DNA from: a virus
Taxonomy: Duplodnaviria > Caudoviricetes
Length of the DNA: 64,000 nucleotides
IMG/VR virus record: IMGVR_UViG_2772190778_000001
Reading direction: 5' to 3' (one strand)
Made by a program: the position numbers and the translations under genes
The notes under the pieces: generated by a model
What the model saw: the letters and a program-made list of their open reading frames with translations, nothing else
Database searches by the model: none
Told to the model about the DNA's origin: nothing
In this document: positions 44,806 through 55,324 of the stretch, in pieces
How positions within the stretch are numbered: position 1 is the stretch's first letter
Layout of the letters: every line of letters starts with the position of its first letter

Positions 44806-45224
44806 TCAATCATTACCTCGGCAAATGTTGGAACATGGGGAAATGGTGCTTCGACCTCGACCCGGTATGTTCCGGGGTCAATAAATTCAAATGCCTCCTC
44901 GTGATCATCGGTTTCGGCAATGATTGTTGCCATGACTTCTTGACCAGTTTGATCAAATACATTGATCGTCGTTCCTTCGGAGCATGACGGAACAATTATC
45001 TTGCCATCACTTGAATAAGGTTGGGGCGACTTTGGTCTTGAAACAAGGATACCTTCGACAAGCATCATGTTACTCAGCTCATAAAGGGTCACCGGAACGG
45101 GTGTTTGAATCTCGCCGTCGCTTGGCTGATCGACCACAACCCTCATAAATCCCTCGGGTTGACCGCTGGTAGAAACTGCTTCCTGGACAATGCCCTGTTC
45201 GTTCAATTTCACAAAATATCCCAT
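44802..45224 (-). CDS. Putative tail-associated/chaperone protein, AT-rich
   Basis: SD GGAGG; coupled; low GC. Confidence 0.6.
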   Translation of the reverse strand: MGYFVKLNEQGIVQEAVSTSGQPEGFMRVVVDQPSDGEIQTPVPVTLYELSNMMLVEGILVSRPKSPQPYSSDGKIIVPSCSEGTTINVFDQTGQEVMATIIAETDDHEEAFEFIDPGTYRVEVEAPFPHVPTFAEVMIE

Positions 45225-45225
45225 G

Positions 45226-48200
45226 TTACCTCCTTACTGCCCTTAGACTAATAGCTGCGTTTCTCAGGCAGTTTTGGGTTGTTGACAAACCTCCAGTCGG
45301 AAAATCATAGGCCGTCAAAAGACGAAGCTGGACGCTGTCCGCATTGTAAATGCGATTGGTTACAAAGTGTCTTTGAGTGTAAGTTGCCCCAATACCGCCG
45401 ATAGCATAGCCACTATTGTAAAGGTTCGCCCAAGCGCTCCAAGAGCCCGCAAAGTTGATCCGTTCTTGTAACAGGAATGCGGTGTTCACAACCCGGCCAT
45501 CAAAAGCCGATGTTCCTGCTGGCCTATGTTCAAAGAAGGTACCAATTGTGTACATTGACTCTGGTGTGGCGTCTCCGGACGAAAGTGTGGTCAGGCAGTG
45601 AACTGAGTTATGTGCAACGTGCTGAGCGGCCGTGCTAAGTGCAGTTCCCCCATCAGAAACAGAGCCTTCGACAAGCGAAGATCGAACGATCAGACTGTTG
45701 AACTCGGCATTACCGTTTTTGTTGATCTGCCATCCCATAGAACCGGCAGAAAAATCATCAGATTGAAGAGCATCACCAAAGAGAGCCAGACCAGCGGCCG
45801 CGAAACTTCCAGTGTTGATATGATTGGATTGAATTTCGCCATCAACAATCAGCTTTCCAGTATTCATGCGGCGCACCATGACGCCACCTATGTAGCAGTT
45901 GGTGGTGCCGTTGTTGCCTTTGATCAGACGAATGCGCGCGAACTTGAAGCCCGCCGGAACATTGATCGCGCCCTCGACCTTCGTGATGGAGGTAGAGGAG
46001 ACGGCCCCAATATTCGCGAAGATGTAGTCGGTTCCGTTCACGCCGGAAAAGGTCGGGTTTCTGGACAACTGCAGGTCCGCATAAACGTTGCCTGTTCCGG
46101 CGACGATCCGTGCAAAATAACGGAAATAGAGGGCTTCCCCTTCACCGTTCAACTCAATCGTAAAGAGGCTGTTGGATACGGTGTAGGTCGTGCCCACCCC
46201 TTGCAAGCGCGCAAGGTTGGTGGATCCCCAGCTCGTGATGGCAGAGGTCGTGATCCAGTCGACGCCAGCAGGGTTGGACCATGCGGAATGATCATCAAAA
46301 TTGGCGTCGACATTCAGGTTGTCGAAGGACCCGATGGCCATATTCCGCGCGCGCACGGCGTTGGCCGCCAATTGATCCGCGCCAATGGCGCCTGCCGCGA
46401 TGGAGGCGGCCGTGAATTGCCCCACCACGTCGGTGCTGGCAACCGAGGCGACATAGGCCGTACCGTTCCAGCGATAGATTTTGCCGCCAAACGCGACCAG
46501 CTCAGTCGATTTGACCGTGGGCAGAGACCCCACAACCGTGACCGGCTCCAGACCCGCCGCAAAGCTCGTCGCGTCAATCAGCCCTTGAAGTGCCTCCTGA
46601 TTGATCACGTCGCCCGCCGCGCGCGCGGTGGCCGTCACCCTCGCAGACCAGCCTGATTTGTTGCCCGAGGTGTCGACCGCGCGCACCCAATAGTTCAGGG
46701 TCTGGCCCCCTGTCAGGTTCTGGCTGATAAATTGCGGCGTGGTGGTGATATAGGTCGGCACAGTGCTGACGCCCGGAGCCGTGGCCGACACCCGCTCGAC
46801 GATCTCATAGCGCGACAGATCGCTTTCGGTGTTGGCGGTCCACTTGACCCAGATGCCCTCGAACATCCCCTCGGCAGAGATGCCGCTCGGGACGGCGGGC
46901 GGTATCGTATCGACAGCCGCCGTGATGCCAACCGCTGCCGACCAAGCCGACTTGGTGCCAATCGCCGACACCGCGCGCACGCGCATCGAAAACACCGATC
47001 CCGGCACCCCATCGCGAGACCACGCAGGCCCTCCGGCCGGAAAGATCGTCTCGGTCCCGCCCGTGGTGACCCCCACCTCGTAACTGGCCGCATTCGCAAC
47101 AGCACCCCAGACTGCGGAGACCCGCGAGAGGGCGTCGGCGACCAGCACCGTTGCCAGTGCCAGCCCCGTCGGCACAGTCACGGTGGTGAGTGCGGGATCA
47201 AGATCGACGCCGGTCATGCGCAGGTCGGGCGTGGTCACGCTCAGCCATGGCGACCAGGCGGTCGGGGCATCCGCCACGTAGCGGGCGCGCACCTCGTATT
47301 CCGTGGCGGCGATCAGATCGCCGCGCACCAGCACGCGGCCACCTTCCACCGGCTTGATCCCCTCGGCGATGAGCTCCTGCGTGGCCCGGACGCGGACCTC
47401 ATAGCGCAGGTTTCGGATCGACGGGAACGCATCGTCAACCGTCCAGGTCAGCAGGATTGCCGGGCGGCGAGCATTGCCCGCATCGTCAGACAGATCAAAG
47501 GCCGCAACAGACAGCGCCACGACCGCAGGGGTGGGCGGCGTTTGCCCGTTGGTCGGCAGAGGGGCTGCGACTTCAAGCTCCGGCTTGATCGCAACGTCGC
47601 CCGCCTCGCGCTCGCGCACGGTCACGACCTGCAAGAGCGTGTCGGGTCGGTCCTCGACCTCGATCACCTCGAACATTTTGCTGGTGTAACCAAAGGTCTC
47701 GGAGGTGAAGCTGATCGAATCCAGCGGCTCAACTAGGGCAAAGGACGGCGGCAGCGTCATCTGATGGGTGCGAAACCGTCGCCCGTCCAGCAGATAGGCG
47801 TTCAAGAGTTGCTGCGCCTGCGCCTTGACGCTTACGGCTGGCAGGCCAAGGCTGGATACGCGCTGACGGCCATCCTCGGCCACCCAATCCTCATTGAGGA
47901 TCAGATCGGCGTCCCGACCTTCCCAAATGTCGTTTGGCTCAACATAGGTGCCGGTGATGCCGTTGGTCACGGTGTCGAACGCCGGGAACGGTGTCAGCAC
48001 AGACCCTTCCGTGATTACGAAATCCGCGTCGGTCACATGCAGGACCGGGGCGGCGGGCGCACCCACGCGCACCCGGAACACCCCACCAAACTCGCTCATC
48101 TGGGCAAAGCTGGCGCGGTTCATTTCCTCGATCACATCGACGGGCTCCATTTCCTCGACGTTGATCTCGAACCCGGCCACGTATTGCTTGCGCCCGCCGA

Positions 48201-49164
48201 CATCGACGTCGCACTCGTTCATGGCGGCGAACCAGTTATCAAGCGGCAAATCCTCTGCGTCGACCCGCCCGCCCCAGATATCGCCGGTGGGCAGGGTGAT
48301 GCCGCGCATAACGTTGTAATTGATCACTATCGGGTTTTCGGTCCACTCCCACGTGGTCGGATCATCCCAACGATGCGCGCCAGAGCCGCCCACGGTCGTA
48401 TCCTTGCGCGGATCATAGAGCTTGATGCCCTGCACCTCGAAACGCACCGAGGGCAGGCCCTGATAGATCTCGGGATCAAGCGCGAACTCCAGCACAGCAT
48501 AGGCCGTGCCGCGCAGGACGTGATCGGTTGTCCAAGGGCGATCAACGTGGTGTTCGTAATAGTGCACCAGAGGCTCGGCGGCGGTGGTCTGGGTGCCGTC
48601 ATAGAACCACAGCCACGCGGTCGGATCGGTATCATCCTGCCGGAACGCTGTCAGGATGCGGCGGCCAGACCCGGTAAACACTTCATTGAATGGCCCCGCG
48701 CTATCTGCGGGCGCTTCGATGTCGGAGTATTTCCCGTTGATCACGATCCGCCCGGTCAGGCCAGTGACGGGAACATTCGAGACCTCAAGAATGTAAGTCA
48801 GGATGCCGTTGTTCTTGAACCGGGAATAGGCGGGTGCGACCGCGTGACCCTCGACGGCGTAGGTGCCCACCACGAACTTGGCGGGCGTGACATCGCCGGT
48901 GGTGGTCTGCTCTGTCTGGATGCCCTGGCCGTTCACCTTCGGCTTCTTGGCGAAGGCTTGGCTCAGCAGCGACAGGCCCGCGCCGACGATGATCCGCGTC
49001 GCAAAAGCCCCGAGCGCGCCGAACCCGGCCGCAATTGCAGCAAAGGTGCCAGCTCCCGCGCTCGATGCGGCCAGAGCGATGGCAATCGCAGACGAAATCG
49101 GCTCGGCCAAAGCTCCGCTCGGCGCTGCGATGAATGCCGCGAGGATCGCAAAGAAGAGGATCAT
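45226..49164 (-). CDS. Central tail fibre (gpJ-like) with Fn3-like and carbohydrate-binding-like domains, 1312 aa
   Basis: Hub N-terminus; Fn3-like YWVRAVDTSGNKSGWS; AT-rich variable C-terminus. Confidence 0.85.
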   Translation of the reverse strand: MILFFAILAAFIAAPSGALAEPISSAIAIALAASSAGAGTFAAIAAGFGALGAFATRIIVGAGLSLLSQAFAKKPKVNGQGIQTEQTTTGDVTPAKFVVGTYAVEGHAVAPAYSRFKNNGILTYILEVSNVPVTGLTGRIVINGKYSDIEAPADSAGPFNEVFTGSGRRILTAFRQDDTDPTAWLWFYDGTQTTAAEPLVHYYEHHVDRPWTTDHVLRGTAYAVLEFALDPEIYQGLPSVRFEVQGIKLYDPRKDTTVGGSGAHRWDDPTTWEWTENPIVINYNVMRGITLPTGDIWGGRVDAEDLPLDNWFAAMNECDVDVGGRKQYVAGFEINVEEMEPVDVIEEMNRASFAQMSEFGGVFRVRVGAPAAPVLHVTDADFVITEGSVLTPFPAFDTVTNGITGTYVEPNDIWEGRDADLILNEDWVAEDGRQRVSSLGLPAVSVKAQAQQLLNAYLLDGRRFRTHQMTLPPSFALVEPLDSISFTSETFGYTSKMFEVIEVEDRPDTLLQVVTVREREAGDVAIKPELEVAAPLPTNGQTPPTPAVVALSVAAFDLSDDAGNARRPAILLTWTVDDAFPSIRNLRYEVRVRATQELIAEGIKPVEGGRVLVRGDLIAATEYEVRARYVADAPTAWSPWLSVTTPDLRMTGVDLDPALTTVTVPTGLALATVLVADALSRVSAVWGAVANAASYEVGVTTGGTETIFPAGGPAWSRDGVPGSVFSMRVRAVSAIGTKSAWSAAVGITAAVDTIPPAVPSGISAEGMFEGIWVKWTANTESDLSRYEIVERVSATAPGVSTVPTYITTTPQFISQNLTGGQTLNYWVRAVDTSGNKSGWSARVTATARAAGDVINQEALQGLIDATSFAAGLEPVTVVGSLPTVKSTELVAFGGKIYRWNGTAYVASVASTDVVGQFTAASIAAGAIGADQLAANAVRARNMAIGSFDNLNVDANFDDHSAWSNPAGVDWITTSAITSWGSTNLARLQGVGTTYTVSNSLFTIELNGEGEALYFRYFARIVAGTGNVYADLQLSRNPTFSGVNGTDYIFANIGAVSSTSITKVEGAINVPAGFKFARIRLIKGNNGTTNCYIGGVMVRRMNTGKLIVDGEIQSNHINTGSFAAAGLALFGDALQSDDFSAGSMGWQINKNGNAEFNSLIVRSSLVEGSVSDGGTALSTAAQHVAHNSVHCLTTLSSGDATPESMYTIGTFFEHRPAGTSAFDGRVVNTAFLLQERINFAGSWSAWANLYNSGYAIGGIGATYTQRHFVTNRIYNADSVQLRLLTAYDFPTGGLSTTQNCLRNAAISLRAVRR

Positions 49165-49544
49165 ATCTGGAAGGCCCTCTCCGCTTTGAGGCGGGACAGA
49201 TGCCCCAGCCCGTCAGGCCGCAGCACGAACACGCGGTCACTGGCAAAGATGCCCATGGCGCTGCCCTCGCACACCGCCAGATCGCCGACCTGTGCCATGG
49301 CGGGCGGGATCTCCGGGAAGAGGCTCGCGATGTAATCGACATGGCTGGCAAAGCCGTCTTGGGCCATCACGCGGGTGAGGCCTGCCATGCTGCGATAGCG
49401 CCCGCGCCACCGCTCGCCGTGATCGACGCCGGTCGCGACCTTCACCCACCCGGCCACATACATGCCGCAGTCGTGGCTGCCGGGCCGAAACCGCTTGGCC
49501 CGCACGGCGTCGAGATAATCGATCAATCGTATTGCCCGGCTCAT
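49161..49544 (-). CDS. NlpC/P60-like tail-tip protein
   Basis: HDCGMYVAGW motif; synteny. Confidence 0.7.
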   Translation of the reverse strand: MSRAIRLIDYLDAVRAKRFRPGSHDCGMYVAGWVKVATGVDHGERWRGRYRSMAGLTRVMAQDGFASHVDYIASLFPEIPPAMAQVGDLAVCEGSAMGIFASDRVFVLRPDGLGHLSRLKAERAFQI

Positions 49545-50242
49545 CCGCGATTGTCTCCGCTGCCCGAAAAGCCGCCTGTGCGGTCATCTGCCGTTGGCGT
49601 GGCAGGCACGGTTGCCGTCGGCGGCGGTGTTCCGTTCTGTGATTTGCCAGCCCCCCAGAACACCGGCACCGCACCGGAGACGGCCGCATATTCCCGGCCC
49701 CGATCCGCCGGGTTGATGCGCCGTTGTGCCGAGTCCGATTTCTTGAGGGCTAGCGTGCGGGTCAGGGCGCGGGCGGCGCTGGCCACGGTCATTTCGATTT
49801 CGGCGCTCTGGCCCTCGGCCGCGCGCGGCAAGGGCATCTCCTCGACCGACCCCTTGATCACGCGCACAGGCACGCCCACCTGCACGGCCTTGACCGGATC
49901 GAAGAACACGCGATGCACCTCAACGGGTGCGCCAAGCAGATGATAGGTGTTCAACAGGTTCAGAACCGTGGCCGGGATGCCCGAAAACCGGATCGTGTGC
50001 ATGCGCACGTTCAGACCCACCTCGCCCCGGATCGGATCAAGCCCCAGCAGCGACCCGGCAGCGGCATAGCTGCGCGCCTCTGCGCCCACCGTGAACTGGC
50101 GCACATCGAGGCCGTTCCAAAACCCTGCCGCCTCGATCAGTCCCGTGTCGCGTCGCCGGGGCTGGACCCAGACCAGATGCCGGGTAATGACGCCGGTGAG
50201 GCTGGCGAGCATGGCCTCCGTGGCGGTGCCGTAGTCGCGCAT
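49541..50242 (-). CDS. Tail-tip hub protein
   Basis: Synteny; start MRDYG. Confidence 0.6.
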   Translation of the reverse strand: MRDYGTATEAMLASLTGVITRHLVWVQPRRRDTGLIEAAGFWNGLDVRQFTVGAEARSYAAAGSLLGLDPIRGEVGLNVRMHTIRFSGIPATVLNLLNTYHLLGAPVEVHRVFFDPVKAVQVGVPVRVIKGSVEEMPLPRAAEGQSAEIEMTVASAARALTRTLALKKSDSAQRRINPADRGREYAAVSGAVPVFWGAGKSQNGTPPPTATVPATPTADDRTGGFSGSGDNRG

Positions 50243-50243
50243 C

Positions 50244-50912
50244 TCAAACCCCCACGATCTGCACGAAAGAAAACTGCGCGCCTTCGGCCCTGCCAGAGCG
50301 ATGCGCGCCGTAGGCCGGATTTGGTTCAAGCCGCGCCTTGATCACGGGCTTGATCAGCGTCACGGGGTCACTGACGACAACGCCGGGCTGAATGGGCGGC
50401 GTCACCTGAAGCCAGTCGGTCGTGCCGAGCGGGCCCGACTGAATATCGCTCACAACGCGGTGCAGGGCATAGCGGGTGGGGTTGCTGCCATATTGCCAGC
50501 CAATGAAATCGCCGCCGCGAAGCCAGTATTGGCTCGGCATGCCTTGCAGCTTGACCATCCGCGCATCGTTCGCGTCGAGCTGCGCAATCGTTGGCGTGGC
50601 CGCGCCGAGGATTGTCCCGGCCGGATCATCTGCCGGGTGCGTCTTGACCGGATCATGAACGAGAAACGATGCGCCCGGGGTATTGAGCACGGACAAGAGC
50701 GCGTCGATCCGGGCTGCGTCCGAGCGGTTGTTGGTGGGGGGAAGAGAAAACGATCCGCGCCAGTTGCTCTCGCCTGTCTGGGCAGGGAGCGGCACACCGC
50801 CCGCCGTGCGGTCGATCTGCATGGGCGTGTTGATATAAAATTCCGAGACCGAGATTTTCAATCTGGCCTGAAACTCCGCGAATGAAAGCGGGAATGCGAG
50901 CGGGTCTGCCAT
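50244..50912 (-). CDS. Distal tail protein
   Basis: After tape measure. Confidence 0.6.
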   Translation of the reverse strand: MADPLAFPLSFAEFQARLKISVSEFYINTPMQIDRTAGGVPLPAQTGESNWRGSFSLPPTNNRSDAARIDALLSVLNTPGASFLVHDPVKTHPADDPAGTILGAATPTIAQLDANDARMVKLQGMPSQYWLRGGDFIGWQYGSNPTRYALHRVVSDIQSGPLGTTDWLQVTPPIQPGVVVSDPVTLIKPVIKARLEPNPAYGAHRSGRAEGAQFSFVQIVGV

Positions 50913-53551
50913 TAGCCGCGCCTCTTGGGGTCTTTGTTGATCCGGTCGACGGCTTGCGGCAGGCCGTCGCGCATGAATTGCTTTATGCCCATCTTCGTGA
51001 CTTCAATCGCCATGTCGCGCGCGCGCTCTTCGATCACGGCGTGGAAAAGCTCGGATGGCTCGATGCGCAGGCGCGTAACGCCATTGCCCTGCGCGCCCGC
51101 ACCGCCCGCCGCCGAGGCAGCACCCCCGGCCCGCGCGGCCAAGGGCAGGCCGCCTCCGGCGAAGCCCGGGATGATGGCCCCGGCATTCATGGCCTCGAGC
51201 AGCGTGCGGTTGCGGGCTGTAGCCTCGGCCGTCATGATGAATTCCCCGGCGCTGACCAGAGCGGGGATCTTGTCGCCCCGGCCCGTGCCCGCACCCAAAA
51301 GGATGCCAGGGCGGCTGACGAGAGGATCGCCGCCGCTGGCAAAGCCGGGCAGGGCGGCGGCGGGCAGGCCGCCGTTTGCGAAGGGCAGGGACGAGCTGCC
51401 GGAAAAGAGGCCAAAGAGACCGCCGAGCGCGCCGCCATTGCCGCCGCCGAAGATCCCGCTCAGGAATCCTCCGCCGCCGCTGCCGCCAAAGAGGCCCGAG
51501 AGTGGACCGGTGCCGAGGATCAGAGCTTCCTTGGCCGCGCGGATGATCATGTCGCCAATGCCCTCCCAGACATCCCGCAGGCTTTCGGCCTCGAGCAGTA
51601 CGTCGTCGACGGAGCGGCCGAATTCCTCCTTGCGCTCCAAGGCCACGCGCTCGTTTTCATGGGCCGCGATAAGGGCCTCGATCTCTTCGCGCTGCTTTGG
51701 CGTCGCGGCGGTCAGGCGTTCGCGCAGGCGGATCAACTCGCGCTGCACCGGGTCGCTCTCGCGCAGGGCCTCGATCTCGCGCCGCTTGCTCTCGATCAGG
51801 CGGTCGAGCGCCTGCTGTTCGCGCAGGGTCTCGTTGGTCGATCCGCCCCGCGCGCCGCTGGTGGAGCGCACGGGCCGGGCGAGTTCATTGAGACGCGCGG
51901 TTTCCCGGGCCAGTTCGACCACGGCGTCCCGGCGCGCGTTGAGGGCGTCGACCGTCGCCAGATCCCCGCTGGCCTCGCCCCTTATGACGGCGGTTTCCCG
52001 GTCGAACCGCGCCCCTGCCAAGGCTCCGGCGCGGCCAATCGGATCGTCGCGGAACTCTGCCCGGATGCGGGCGTTCTCAAGCCCCACTTCGCCCTGGGAC
52101 TGTAGGTCAGCCATCGCGTCGACCGCGCCGCGCACTTCGGCCGCAAGGCGCGAGGCTTCGTCGGCGGCCGCGCGGATGCCGCCGGAAATGTCGCTCGTGG
52201 CGATCTCGAATGCGGCTTGTGCCGCCTCGCGCAGGGCGTCTTTGGTCTCCACGCTTGCGTCCGAGGCATCGGCCTCCGCAAGTGCGGCATTGAGGGCGAA
52301 CTGGGCGCGCAGGCGTGTCACGGCGGCGCTGTCCGCGCCATGCTGTGCGATGGCCTCTGCAATCGCATTCTGCTCAAGCATCGTCGAGAGCAAGGCCTGC
52401 GCGGCGGCCTCGGCCTTCAATTGCTCGCCGGTGGCCTTGGTTACCAGTTCGAGGAAGGCAAGCATTTCCTCATTCTGGCGGTTTTGCGCCGGGTCTTGGG
52501 ATTGAAGCTCGGCGACCTCGGCCAGCCGAAGGCGCATCTGATCCAGCGTGTCGAGGCGCGCCTGCTCCGCCTCCGAGATCTCGCCCGAGGCCTCTGCCGC
52601 GCGCGTGTAGCTTTCGATCAACGCGTCAACGGCGGCGGCTTGTTCTTCGACCGTGCCTTGGGCCGCTTCTTGTAACCCGACGAGGTCGGCCAGAACGTCA
52701 TTGATCAGGCTTCGGCTCTCTCGGCGCGCACGGCCGAAGAAGATGTTACCCAGGTCGAATTCCTGCGCAAGCCGCACTTGGTCGCCGCTGTCCGGGCGGG
52801 GCAGGTTGATATTGCCCTCTTCAAGAAAGCTGGTGATCCCAGCCGCCGCCTCACGCTGCGCCGCGCGCTTTTCGGCCTCGACGATCCGATCGAGGATGTT
52901 TTGCGCGCGCTCGACGAAGCCTTCGCCGAAGCGCTCGGCCAATTCGAGGCGCGTGGCCGAGGCCTCCGTGATCTTGTCGCGCAGGCTGTCGATGCGGGTC
53001 TCGAGCGCCTCGACGGTATCGGCAAAACTCTCGCCCTCGTCAGAAGCGGAGGTGAACCAGTTGACCAAGGCCGCCGTTGCCGCCAGCGCGCCGATGGTGA
53101 TCAGATTGATCGGGCTCAGCATCGACAAGACAGCGCCGCGTAAGGCCCGGAACGCCCCCGCAGCCCCAAGCGGCCCGATCACCTGAGTGATTTGCGTGCC
53201 CTGCTGAATGGCGAGCTGAAATGGGTTTTGTCCCGCAGCCAGCATGACAAGCACATCATTGCCCTGCGAGACGAGATTGCCCATCGATCCGGCGGCGAGG
53301 CGGGTTGCGCCGGACAATTTCTGGGTTGCAGCAGCGTTGACATCCGCGGCGGCGCTGGCCGTCGTGAGACCCGTCGCCGAGGTCCGCGCTGCGGTCCCGA
53401 GTTGCCCCACCCCGCGCGCGGCCGCAGCACCTTGGGTGCCCACGCCGCGAATGTCTTGAGCCGCCCCCTTGGCGGCGGTGCCGGTGGCCTGCAGCTCCGC
53501 CTTCGCCTGATCGGCGTCCATCAGGATTTCGCCCTGGACACGCAATGTCAT
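50912..53551 (-). CDS. Tail tape measure protein, 879 aa
   Basis: Mosaic homolog of 9432-12236. Confidence 0.9.
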   Translation of the reverse strand: MTLRVQGEILMDADQAKAELQATGTAAKGAAQDIRGVGTQGAAAARGVGQLGTAARTSATGLTTASAAADVNAAATQKLSGATRLAAGSMGNLVSQGNDVLVMLAAGQNPFQLAIQQGTQITQVIGPLGAAGAFRALRGAVLSMLSPINLITIGALAATAALVNWFTSASDEGESFADTVEALETRIDSLRDKITEASATRLELAERFGEGFVERAQNILDRIVEAEKRAAQREAAAGITSFLEEGNINLPRPDSGDQVRLAQEFDLGNIFFGRARRESRSLINDVLADLVGLQEAAQGTVEEQAAAVDALIESYTRAAEASGEISEAEQARLDTLDQMRLRLAEVAELQSQDPAQNRQNEEMLAFLELVTKATGEQLKAEAAAQALLSTMLEQNAIAEAIAQHGADSAAVTRLRAQFALNAALAEADASDASVETKDALREAAQAAFEIATSDISGGIRAAADEASRLAAEVRGAVDAMADLQSQGEVGLENARIRAEFRDDPIGRAGALAGARFDRETAVIRGEASGDLATVDALNARRDAVVELARETARLNELARPVRSTSGARGGSTNETLREQQALDRLIESKRREIEALRESDPVQRELIRLRERLTAATPKQREEIEALIAAHENERVALERKEEFGRSVDDVLLEAESLRDVWEGIGDMIIRAAKEALILGTGPLSGLFGGSGGGGFLSGIFGGGNGGALGGLFGLFSGSSSLPFANGGLPAAALPGFASGGDPLVSRPGILLGAGTGRGDKIPALVSAGEFIMTAEATARNRTLLEAMNAGAIIPGFAGGGLPLAARAGGAASAAGGAGAQGNGVTRLRIEPSELFHAVIEERARDMAIEVTKMGIKQFMRDGLPQAVDRINKDPKRRG

Positions 53552-53552
53552 C

Positions 53553-53909
53553 TCAGCTCTCCCGCATCGCGGCCACGGCCGCGCCTTCGATCACCTGCAC
53601 CTCGGCCCAAAGCTCGGGCGTGATCCGGACGCCGCTCATGCGCAGCCCCGCCCGTGCGGCCGTGTAGTCGAGGCCCACCACGCGGAACCCTGCGAGCCCG
53701 GCCGAGACGGTGCGCCACTGGTTGCAGACCGCGAGGAAGGCGCGCACGGCAGGGACATTCTGCGGCCAAACGCCAGAGCCGGGGCCGGACGGATCACGAC
53801 TGAGCTGGCCCGGGTCGATCCCCCAGAAGGCTGCCTCGTCGTCATGGTCGCGCCCCTCGTCATCGCCGATCAGGTCGCCGCGCGCCCATGCCCGCCCGGC
53901 CCATTTCAG
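53553..53909 (-). CDS. Tail assembly chaperone -1 frameshift extension
   Basis: Same slippery site and open -1 frame as P1. Confidence 0.75.
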   Translation of the reverse strand: MKWAGRAWARGDLIGDDEGRDHDDEAAFWGIDPGQLSRDPSGPGSGVWPQNVPAVRAFLAVCNQWRTVSAGLAGFRVVGLDYTAARAGLRMSGVRITPELWAEVQVIEGAAVAAMRES

Positions 53910-54235
53910 TTTTTTACCCGCTTCCCCATGATCGCCGCGTAATAGGCGTTGATCATCGCCACGCGGACGTAAGCCAGACCAATCAACCGGTCGCGCAGGG
54001 CGTGGCTGTAGGGCAGCTTCGCGCCTTTCTCGTCCTCGACGTCGTCAAAGTCTTGAACCACGGCCCCCAGAAACTCCCGCTCGCCGCGCGCGGTGCGCAT
54101 GTCGAAGCCTTCGACCTCCGCGTCGGGCAGCACACGGAAGGTGACCTGCATATCCTGCACCTCGTGGCCGCCGTCGGAGGGCACCTTGATCTCCACGCGG
54201 TGCGTGAAGGTCGGGGTTTGGTCGATCTTGAACAT
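53906..54235 (-). CDS. Tail assembly chaperone
   Basis: Homolog of 12591-12920. Confidence 0.85.
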   Translation of the reverse strand: MFKIDQTPTFTHRVEIKVPSDGGHEVQDMQVTFRVLPDAEVEGFDMRTARGEREFLGAVVQDFDDVEDEKGAKLPYSHALRDRLIGLAYVRVAMINAYYAAIMGKRVKN

Positions 54236-54284
54236 GGGCGTGATCTCTCTTTCAAAGGGGTGTTGAAGGGGGCGTTGAACTGGC

Positions 54285-55220
54285 TCAGGTGAGGGTCATC
54301 ACCCACTGGTCGGCGGCGGTGGCGGTGGTGGGCAGCGGCACGAGGCGCAGCGGCCATTCCTTGCGACCCTGTCCATCCTCGAGACCTTCGGGGCGCTGCA
54401 TCTGCGCATTGGGGGCCGCGATGTTGACGATGTTTCCGGCGGCCTTGCCGTGCTCGATCTCGACGGGCACCTTGGCTTGGGTGGCGGCCATGGCGAAGGG
54501 ATCGAACGCGGCCAGCGCCACGGCCCGCACCCGCGCCTCGATGGTGTTCTCGTGCCCGTCGAGGATCACTTCCTCCTCGCCGATCAGAAACTGCGGCTCG
54601 ATGCGGTTGGCGAGGGTCAGCTTGAAACTGCGCATCACCAGCGCGGTGCCGCCAATTGTGAAGACCGGCGTGTTGGTGGTGGAGGCGGCCAGCGGATCGG
54701 GAATGCCGGTGAAATCCGCCGTGGGCACCGCCACGTCGGCCGGGGCCACGTAGAGCGCGGTGAACTCGAACTCGATATAGGGAATGCCCGAGGCCGAGAC
54801 GTCAAAGGCGGCGGTACCCCGCACGCCCACCATGGCATAGAGCGTGCCGCCGATATTGAGGTGTAGCGTGACGCTCTCGAGGTTCGAATAGACGCGGTTG
54901 TAGACCACGGAGGTGCCCGGCGTCACGGTCTCGGCGCTACCACAAGCGCGCAGGAGGCATCCCCAACGGGGCGCGGTCCCGGCTGTGCCGGAGCCTGCCA
55001 GTTCGACCTTGAACGAGATCGTGCGGTGCAGATCGACCGGGATCGTGCCGGTGGGGCCGCCATGAGGCGTGTCGAGATTGCGGTCGAGGTCCTGACCCTG
55101 CATGGGCGACAGGCGCACATCGTTGGCGAGGATTGCGTCGCCGCCGGTGGGGGCAGCATCGGTGCCATAGGTGGCCTCGAGCTTCGCGAGCAAGACCTTG
55201 CGTCTCCAGAGCAGGCTCAT
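54285..55220 (-). CDS. Major tail tube protein
   Basis: Homolog of 12969-13904. Confidence 0.85.
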   Translation of the reverse strand: MSLLWRRKVLLAKLEATYGTDAAPTGGDAILANDVRLSPMQGQDLDRNLDTPHGGPTGTIPVDLHRTISFKVELAGSGTAGTAPRWGCLLRACGSAETVTPGTSVVYNRVYSNLESVTLHLNIGGTLYAMVGVRGTAAFDVSASGIPYIEFEFTALYVAPADVAVPTADFTGIPDPLAASTTNTPVFTIGGTALVMRSFKLTLANRIEPQFLIGEEEVILDGHENTIEARVRAVALAAFDPFAMAATQAKVPVEIEHGKAAGNIVNIAAPNAQMQRPEGLEDGQGRKEWPLRLVPLPTTATAADQWVMTLT

Positions 55221-55324
55221 TTCTCGGCATCCTTTTTCTGGGGTTTCGGGGTGGGCGCGGCCCGCTTCAGCGCGCCCTTGTCGTCGCGGGTGTAAGACCC
55301 GCCGGAGGTGGGGAGATTGGTCAT
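55217..55324 (-). CDS. 35-aa protein
   Basis: Homolog of 13901-14020. Confidence 0.65.
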   Translation of the reverse strand: MTNLPTSGGSYTRDDKGALKRAAPTPKPQKKDAEK

